Part shown: one piece after another, positions 56,005 through 64,000 of the stretch
Layout of the letters: each line of letters opens with the position of its first letter
Position numbering within the stretch: the first letter of the stretch is position 1
Source: Anthoceros angustus
Taxonomy: Eukaryota; Plantae; Anthocerotophyta
Assembly (NCBI GenBank): GCA_010909165.1
Contig: MU008182.1
Coordinates: 930,001 to 994,000, forward strand
Length of the DNA: 64,000 bases
Reading direction: 5' to 3'
The notes under the pieces: generated by a model
The model's database searches: none
What the model was told of the DNA's origin: nothing
The model's input: the letters and a program-made list of their open reading frames with translations, nothing else
Program-made: the position numbers and the translations under genes

Positions 56005-58345
56005 ATGGGGTCCGATTATGTCAGGGGCTTGGAGCGGCTGGCTAAGATTGGCAAGCAGCTGCAGCCAGAGGCAGCACCATCTGAGCACGGTGAGGTTGGG
56101 GTTGAATGGATATTCCCGCTGTCAAGGTGGCATATATTGAATGGCTGCTGAGTCTGTGGAGGTGAAGGACATGTGACGGGTGTGTTTCCAGTGTTTGCAG
56201 GTTCCGGTTTGCAATTGCACCAAACATTGGGCATCGGCCAGCCTGGCTTGGATGTTGCCCTGGCATTCCCACAAGCAACTCCGGCATCCAAGTTTCCTCC
56301 TCTTGGTACAGTTTCCTCCTCTTGATGTCCTTCGAATGCTCGAGGGGGACAGCTTTGGGTGGTCCGTACTCATCACACATCGTCACGGTGCAGCGGCGGA
56401 CTACTTTGCGTTTGATGACCTCCTGACCCCGGAAGAACAGGATCTAAGGAAACGTGTGAGGGCACTGATGGAGAAGGACATAGCCCCAATTGTGGCTGGG
56501 GTAAGTGTTGTCACGGATATTAGCAATACTCGCACATCTTGTACCTGTTCCTTCCTGCTCTTCAACATTTAACTGGAGCTCTTCCCTTGTTAGTATTGGG
56601 AACGAGCGGAATTTCCATTCGAGGTCATCCCCAAGCTGGCTACCCTCAAGGTCGCTGGAGGAACGATTCAGGTGTGTATCAAGCAGGCTTTCCTGGTCGA
56701 CAAGGTGATGCACATGATAGCATGCACTAAGCAGCACTGTCTCCTGATTCCACGCAGGGCTATGGATGTCCAGGCCTGTCGGTGGTAGCAAGTGCCGTTG
56801 TCGTAATGGAGACGGCGAGAGTTGATGCCAGCTGCTCCACGTTCCTAATGGTGCACACATGCTTGGCCATGCTGACAATAGGTATGGCCATCAGAGTCGC
56901 CACCGTTTCAAAACCAGTCCTTTGTCTGTCACTGAAGGAAGAAATCTAAGTCCTCCTCTTTCAGGAATGCTGGGAAGTGAGGAGCAGAAACAAAAGTATC
57001 TCCCTACAATGGCACGGTTGGAAGAAATTGGGTGCTGGGTATGACGCTCGTCTTTCTTGGAGCACAAGTATGCCACCCAACCTTCCTTCCCTGCGCATGT
57101 GAAACCCTCGTGTGTTCTCTTGCAGGCTTTGACAGAGCCTGACTACGGGAGTGATGCCAGCTCTCTCAGCACTACAGCAACCAAGGTAGACAAAAAACCA
57201 TGTCACAGCAGTCCCCATGTCCTCACCTTCTCCCCCTTTACCGACTTATATCTTTGCGCTGCTTCAGGTGGAAGGAGGCTGGATCCTGAATGGGCAGAAG
57301 CGGTGGATTGGAAACAGCACCTTTGCCGACGTGTCTGTTGTCTTCGCTCGAAACACTGCCACTAACCAGATCAACGGGTGAGTCAACAACCTTGTAGGGA
57401 CAGTGCACAAGCTTGAGAACGATGTTGTCGCATCCCACTTCCCCGGAAGCACAAGCACCGATGTCCTCATCATGGCTGGCAGGTTCATTGTGAAGAAGGG
57501 AACAGCTGGCTACCGTGCCACCAAGATCGAGAACAAAATAGGACTAAGGATTGTGCAGAACGGGGACATCTTGCTGAAGGGTGTCTTCGTCCCAGACCAA
57601 GACCGCATCCCGGGAATTAACGCATTTCAGGACACCGCCAAGGTCAGTCAGTGCTCACATCCACATACCATCTCCTTTCGGCCATAACATCTGAAGAGAA
57701 TCTGATGGGTTTTTGTGCCAGGTCCTTGCAGTGTCACGCATCATGGTGGCCTGGCAGCCCATTGGAGTGACCGTGGGTGTGTACGACGTATGCCACAGGT
57801 ACCTGCAGGAGAGGAAACAGTTCGGAGCTCCTCTGGCATCCTTGCAGATAGTCCAGGAGAAGCTGGTGCGCATGCTGGGCAACATCCAGGCCATGACGCT
57901 GGTGGGCTGGCGTCTGTGCAAGATCTACGAGGCTGGGAAGATGACTCCCGGGCAGGCCAGCCTTGCCAAGGTGGGTAGCTTTGCTGCCTGCAATCCCGTC
58001 TGTGTGCTGTTCTCTGTTTGAGCATGCTCTGATGTGAGAATGCCACAGGCCTGGAACACTCTCCGAGCCAGGGAGACTGTGGCGCTAGGGCGTGAGCTGC
58101 TGGGCGGGAATGGAATCCTAGCCGACTTCCATGTTGCCAAGGTAAATGCTTCTAGAAGCTTCAAGGGTTGGTGGATGCCGCTCCTCATGCCCACGTTATC
58201 AGATCGTGACGCTGGGCGCTTGCAGGCGTTTTGTGATCTGGAGCCCATTTACACTTACGAAGGCACGTACGAGGTGAACGCGCTGGTGACCGGACGGGAG
58301 GTGACCGGCACCGCCAGTTTTAAGCCGCCGACCAAAAGGAGTTAA
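56005..58345 (+). CDS. ACX4: Short-chain acyl-CoA oxidase 4 (ACAD-like fold), multi-exon
   Basis: [104 protein letters not shown]. Confidence 0.93.
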
Positions 58346-58617
58346 ATTGAACGAGCGGAATCTGGACTAGGTACACAAAACCACCTAGTTGCTACAATAT
58401 GGTTACTGCCATCTGTAACAAAAAACAAGTTGGTACTGTTGTTACAATGTAGGTACAGCCACCAGTTGCATGTGACTTCAAATAAGAGTTTCCGATGGAT
58501 ACAAGATAGAGCGCCTTTCTAGTTAGTACTGGAATACATAATGCCGATTGCAGTTCATGGTACAGTTTGGCAACAGAGCTTTCAAATAGCCTTCAGACCT
58601 TTCAGATGGCATAGCCT

Positions 58618-60321
58618 TCAAGTGGTGGTCCTAACCAGCTTCAACCTCTCTCGCAAGCTTTGTTTAACTTTTGCAAGCAGGAGGCAAATAATGAAACATA
58701 CTAAATGGAATAGAGAGAGAGCTAAATACCTGCAGCAGCAGAGCAGACAGCGGAATGCTTAGCTCAGAAGATACAAGAGCCTGCTAGAGGAAGTTATGGA
58801 CAAGTATGAACTGCAACAGGCACGTACCAGGCGGGGGCATAGGGTGTTGAGAGACTGAGAAATGGATAGGGCCACCTGTAGTCAAGTCGACACCACCCCA
58901 ATATGAGCATGTGAAGATGGCAGATTGTCGAAGGTGAGCGATAAGTTCCACAGAAGGAAAAGGGTGGTAAGCTTACCCTGTGGAGGAGCCTGAAAAATGG
59001 AGAAACCACTGAAAGGAAATATATGCAACACTCCACATGACCATATATGCTCCACGAAACCATGGGAAGCGCTGGACAATGAGGTTGGACTTGATCAGTA
59101 TCATGTTCTAGGTGCTGTTCAGTGAGGCAAGGTATGTGAATTTCAAGAGATGGGGCTTAGAGCTACCATGTCGTTAAGGAGGAGTTCAATGACAAAAAAC
59201 AAGGCATTCACTGCATGCATGTTTATGTCCACCTGCACAACCATTTTCAACAAGAGATTTGTGAGACATGATCCAAAGTGATGAGAAGGGTTCGGACTGT
59301 GATTAGACAACAGCACTTACAAAATCATGCTGAAAATCACGTGGAAGAACGAAGGGAACCAACAGAAGCCAGTACACGCTGTCAGTTAATAGCACGGCTG
59401 GGCCTAGGACCTGCAAACAATGGCGAGAGTCACACATCTGTGTGCATTTACGAGTTGCAAATGAAAGCATTTCGAGCCTTCCAAAATGTTGAGACCTGGA
59501 ACAGCACTTGCAAAGCGTAGCTCCAAAATCCTCCGCGGGTTCTGCTACCACCTTCAGGTAGGCTGTACCAGCGATGAGCTTCCTGGCTTGCATCTCGAAA
59601 GCTTGCATTCTCCGCCTCCTTCCCCGGTAAAAGCGAATCGCCCTCTGCTAGGTTCAACTCCTTGGATTCAGGAGCAATTTCGGTCTCAGGTATCCGTTGC
59701 AGAACGTTTGCTGCACTGGTACCCGCTGCCAGCTACCCATGGCATTCCCGAATGGCCAAACAGACTCAGAACGCAGTGCTGGTGCAAAAGACTGTTGATG
59801 GACTGCTCATCAGCAGAAAGAGACCTACTAACAACCATCATAAAAAAAGTTGAAGTGGACACACCCCGAAATAAACAGCCAGCAGCGTGAATGTCCATCT
59901 GCAAAACAGCCAACAACGAAGAAGTGTCATTCAATGGAGGTCCCAAGGCTCAACACACGAAGATCCTCCAAGAAGTGCAGCACATTCCTTACTGTGTGTA
60001 GTAATAGTAAGTTAGACTGGGCCCCAAGTGAATCAAATTGTACAGCTGAAAGGGCACTAAGTAGAGAAACGCGAAAGAACGAAAGGCAAGGAGCCAGCCC
60101 GGATGAATCCAACCACCCCCTGCAGTCCACACTTCATCCGAAAACACAATCCCATCCGCCGCAATAATAGAGCGAGCTGCTGGCCTCCCACCAGCACGTG
60201 CCTTGGCACCTTTGGCACGCCCTTCATACTTGAAGACAACAATGAAGCTAGACACTAAGAAGCCAAGCACAACCAAGAAGCAGGAGAAGACAGGCCATAT
60301 ATCCCACAACGCCGAGGTCAT
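58618..60321 (-). CDS. Conserved plant multi-pass membrane protein of unknown function (FAR-17a/rolling-stone-like), multi-exon
   Basis: IHPGWLLAFR, YYYYTQ/WTFTLL.VYFG, NMHAVNA.F..IE..LN, FPWFR.AY, WPYPFLSLSTPYAPAWY. Confidence 0.8.
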
Positions 60322-61523
60322 CTTCCACCCAAGATCCCTCCGCTAACTGGGTGGAAGCAATGACACGCAACTCACTCTAGGGCACGTCCCGCGGACAGTT
60401 GGAGGACTTCCCCAGATCCCAACCAACACCCACTTGTTTACTCAATTTCTTGGTTCCCCACCAATGCTTCACTGCTCACCATACTACTCCCATCATTCCT
60501 CCGCCAGCCAGCCAAACTTCATATCCTCCTCCTCCCAGCTCTGCCCACCGAAGGTATCTTATCCAGACTAGGAATCGGGCCTGGATCCTCGCAAATTGGA
60601 CTGGCCGCAGGCGGGCTCTGACTGCATGCCCAGTGTCGTGGCATCGTGGGCAGCTTCTGCGTGTCTTTCATAACGAGGTTGCGAATGGAGGAAAAAAGAT
60701 AGAATATGGCGTCCAATTTTCCAAAAGGTAAAGGACTGGTAACCACAAAAAGATGCCAAACCAAAACAACCAGTCTAAGTTGGAGATAAGTGGATAAATG
60801 TTTGATCAGTTTTACATAAACGATAGGCATTCTAATCTAGTGCTAATAAATCTTGCAATAGAATATGCATAAAATTCAAAGGAGAGAAGAAGATCGTGGA
60901 AGCAAATCGAACAAAGTTGTCATCCTTGGGTGGGGGGAAAAAGAAGACTTTATTATAAAAAAGAGATGGAAAAAAACTCATCCACCCCAAAAACAAAGGG
61001 GGAAAACCCAACGAAAGGGTACCATGCCAAAGGGACTAGCCCATGATCACGCATTTCAAAACTACCAATTGTAGTGCTTGTGATGATCCGTCCCGTGAGT
61101 TACAACTACGGGAATCCTTCCCAGACCTACCCTTTTGTTTTTGCACAAAGCATACCTTCCTCTATCGATTACTCTCGAGAAGAAAACTTCAAGAGGGGCT
61201 GCCATTTCTGGACCAGACCACAAGAGTTGGAGAGGATGGTTCATCAATGGGTTATTAGGTATCCATTGCTCTTGAGAAGAAAACTTTGGAGTACCATTTT
61301 CTGGACCACAAAAAGTGCGGGGATGCTTCTTAAAAAACTCCGACGGCAAGTAAACCACACCATATGAAAGGGAACGGGTAGGTGCTTTTCGATCGAACTT
61401 TCAGACAGCATAGCATTCTAAGTTCTAACTAGTACACCAGGGAACTTCTTCGAACTGTTGTAGTCTACCTACGCGACATAGTAAGACCTGAGAGAGAAGG
61501 TGGTGGGGTCCACCACGGACGAA

Positions 61524-61616
61524 TTGAGAGACCGGGTTGTGCACCAGCCCGGACAAACTTGAGAGACCGGGTTGTGCAGCATCCCGGACAAACTTGAGAG
61601 ACCGGGTTGTGCACCA
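61524..61616. repeat. 35-bp tandem repeat x2.6 upstream of MATE
   Basis: TTGAGAGACCGGGTTGTGCA(C/G)CA(G/T)CCCGGACAAAC at 61524, 61559, 61594. Confidence 0.9.
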
Positions 61617-61872
61617 CCGTGGCCGCAAGGAGAGCAATGGGCACAGTCCGCTTGTCCCATTCTGCTCGGGAAGAGCAACGGCGTTTGTTCGTGTCCGCGG
61701 GGATCGCCGAAGGTGACCAGCCGCCTGGCTTGCCTCGCGCTCCACACTAGCGCCCGATCTGGGATGCGGGCAGATAGAATTCATTGCTTGCCGGCTGCTG
61801 CTGTGTGGATGAGTCCGGGGGTCCGCTTCCAGGCTCGGGTTCTGCGCTGCGCCGAGGCGCAGGGAGTACGCG

Positions 61873-63330
61873 ATGGACTCCAAGCTGGAGCAGAGCACGC
61901 TGAGCAGCAGCGGCAAGGGAAGTGGACTGGAAGCAGCGCTCCTGGAGGCGCAGGATTTGGATGAAGGGCCGGCGTCCTTGCTGGAGGAGGCGAGGAAGAA
62001 CATGGCCCTGGCAGTCCCGGTGGCGCTCATGGGGATCGTGAATTACACGCTCTTCAGTGTTTCGGTGGCCTTCGTCGGGCGGCTCGGGGCTCTGAGGTTC
62101 GCGGCGGCCGCCATGGCGTCCAGCTTCGCGAATGTGTTCGGGTACGCCATTCTCGACGGGCTGTCGGCCGGGATGGAGACATTCGGGGGGCAGGCGTACG
62201 GGGCCGGGCAGAACAGGATGCTGGGAGTGGTTTTGCAGCGGGGGATTTTGGTTTTGCTCGTGGCGTGCTTGCCGATTTCCGTGCTGTTCAATCTGGCTTC
62301 TCCGATTTTGCTGGCCCTAGGGCAGGATCCGGAGATCGTGCAGCTGGCGTCGCAGTACGTGCTGGTGCTGCTGCCGGGCCTGTTTGTGGCGGCGGGTCTG
62401 TCGCCGGTGCAGAAGTTTCTGGAAGTGCAGGGAGTGATGGTGCCGATGGCGATGAGTGCGTGCTGCGTGCTGTTGCTGAGCGTGCCTGTGAATTACATGT
62501 GGGTGTATGCGCTGGAGCTAGGGTTTCTCGGGGCCGGGGCTGCGTTTAGTACTGCGACCTGTATGAATCTGGGGTTTCTGTTGCTGTATTTGCAGTCTGA
62601 GAGTACGGGGATTTTGGAGAGGGCGTGGCTTGGGTGGAGTAGGGATGCGTTTCGGGACTGGGTGCCTTTTCTGAAGCTTGCGGTTCCTGCCATGGCTATG
62701 AATTGTTTCGAGTGGTGGTTTTTCGAGGTGCTGTTGGTTATGTCTGGCTTGTTGCCTGATCCGCAGATCAGCTTGTCCGCCATGAACATAACCTACCAGA
62801 CGGCTGGGGTGTGCTACATGGTGCAAATAGGGCTCAGCACGGCTGCCAGCGTCCGAGTCAGTAACGAGCTGGGTGCCCAGAGGCCTGCCAGGGCGCGGAG
62901 GGCTGTGGTGGCAGCTCTGTGCAATGCGTTGCTCACTAGTGGAGTCTTGTCCATCGTGCTGCTGCTGTTCCGACGTAAGTGGGCCTTGATTTTCACCACC
63001 TCGGATGAGGTGGAGGTGGTGTCCTTGGTGGGTTTGCTCATCCCCTTGATCGTGGCATGCCAGCCCATCTTCTGCATGAGCACGGTTTTGTCTGGGATTT
63101 TGAGAGGGTCTGGGCAGCAGCTGGCAGGTTCCCTCGTCAACGGGCTCACCTTTTGGGCAGTGGCTCTGCCCCTTTCCTACTACCTTGCGTTCCGTGAAGG
63201 ACATGGCTTGCAAGGCCTGTGGTGGGGAGTCATGGCTGGGTCCGGGTCCCAAGCGGTCATGAACGCCGGCCTTGTCTGGAGAACTGACTGGTCTGATCAG
63301 GCAGACAAGGCCTTCGAGCGAGTTAGCTGA
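61873..63330 (+). CDS. MATE/DTX efflux transporter, intronless
   Basis: 485 aa, ~12 hydrophobic segments; GMETFGGQAYGA, LQRG, CFEWWFFE, SVRVSNELGA, LSGILRGSGQQ, GLQGLWWG. Confidence 0.93.
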   Translation: MDSKLEQSTLSSSGKGSGLEAALLEAQDLDEGPASLLEEARKNMALAVPVALMGIVNYTLFSVSVAFVGRLGALRFAAAAMASSFANVFGYAILDGLSAGMETFGGQAYGAGQNRMLGVVLQRGILVLLVACLPISVLFNLASPILLALGQDPEIVQLASQYVLVLLPGLFVAAGLSPVQKFLEVQGVMVPMAMSACCVLLLSVPVNYMWVYALELGFLGAGAAFSTATCMNLGFLLLYLQSESTGILERAWLGWSRDAFRDWVPFLKLAVPAMAMNCFEWWFFEVLLVMSGLLPDPQISLSAMNITYQTAGVCYMVQIGLSTAASVRVSNELGAQRPARARRAVVAALCNALLTSGVLSIVLLLFRRKWALIFTTSDEVEVVSLVGLLIPLIVACQPIFCMSTVLSGILRGSGQQLAGSLVNGLTFWAVALPLSYYLAFREGHGLQGLWWGVMAGSGSQAVMNAGLVWRTDWSDQADKAFERVS

Positions 63331-63629
63331 ATTCCTGCCTTTTACTAGCAGCTGCCTCAATTTTTTGCTTGTTTCCATAACTTGGAACAAGCACAAGCAA
63401 GCTTAGCTTCACGAACTCCTCTGCTATCTCGTGCGACGTGCTTGCAAAGAGAGCTCTGACGTGCATCCAGTGTTGGGCAGTACTAGTGCGCGGGAGCATT
63501 TTGAGGGCGTAAGACATCGGATTGGATCGGAGGGGAGCCGTGGACATGCTTCCGGAGCGTGCAGGAGAGCGGTGCTTGCGTGGCTTGTTCTTCTGGTGGG
63601 TGCAAGCAGAGAAGCTCATCCGGAGCTCG

Positions 63630-63800
63630 GTGGCAGCGTATATGTTCGACATCAAGATATATGCTGAGGCATCTTGCTTGTCTAGCTTCACTGGTGCATC
63701 GACAGCGTGACGTCCCACTTCCACATTGGTCCACTTTCTACAAGAACCCAGGAGAGTGTGCCACACTGCAGCATCAGGCCTTACAGGCATTGTCTCATAA
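63630..63800 (-). pseudogene. Isolated PPR E1-E2 fragment of the WW-cluster type
   Basis: MPVRPDAAVWHTLLGSCRKWTNVEVGRHAVDAPVKLDKQDASAYILMSNIY, very similar to the E domains at 2.4-2.6 kb; no upstream PPR motifs up to the window end. Confidence 0.85.
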
Positions 63801-64000
63801 CCAGGGCACGTAGGAAGTGAGAACCAATGCAAAAGTTCAAGCACGGTCTGCAAGAACCCCTACAGAAGTCTGCTGCAATCTGAGATCGAAAAGAGCATCA
63901 TACAAGGAAATCCAATGCTCTTGGAGAATCGTAATGCGTCCGAATCAAAACCGATACACGCTATCCTTTGCACCAAGATATGTCGCATAATCTTTAGTAA

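Noticed and set aside
62518-63396. 292-aa minus-strand ORF
   Set aside because: Antisense to the MATE CDS.

Overview
Gene-dense eukaryotic nuclear DNA with short (mostly ~80-160 nt) GT-AG introns. The PPR repertoire (DYW:KP 'DRH' domain, WW-type PG boxes, long LL motifs) points to a hornwort (Anthoceros-like) or, less likely, a fern/lycophyte; the taxon is inferred. Contents in order: four paralogous PLS-E PPR genes with decayed DYW:WW tails (2.0-14.2 kb); a frameshifted PIF/Harbinger transposon abutting a partial UBC duplicate; UBC33/34-like E2; NDPK3; COX11; an LHCII gene; an AT-rich island with an Asp-rich ORF and tandem repeats; a TPR gene; a PDF-motif/PLS/DYW:KP gene head-to-head with an LL-type PLS-E+ gene; TcdA-like dehydratase; three His/Pro-rich microprotein genes; MSH6; ACX4; a membrane protein; a MATE transporter; a PPR relic. 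Top observation: the predicted mature LHCII has no Met or Cys, every normally conserved S-residue is replaced while the chlorophyll ligands are kept, and its promoter has a UPE-box-like (SLIM1/EIL) element. This is a candidate sulfur-sparing antenna system in a land plant. All alignments and splice models were made by eye, and reference motifs are quoted from memory.
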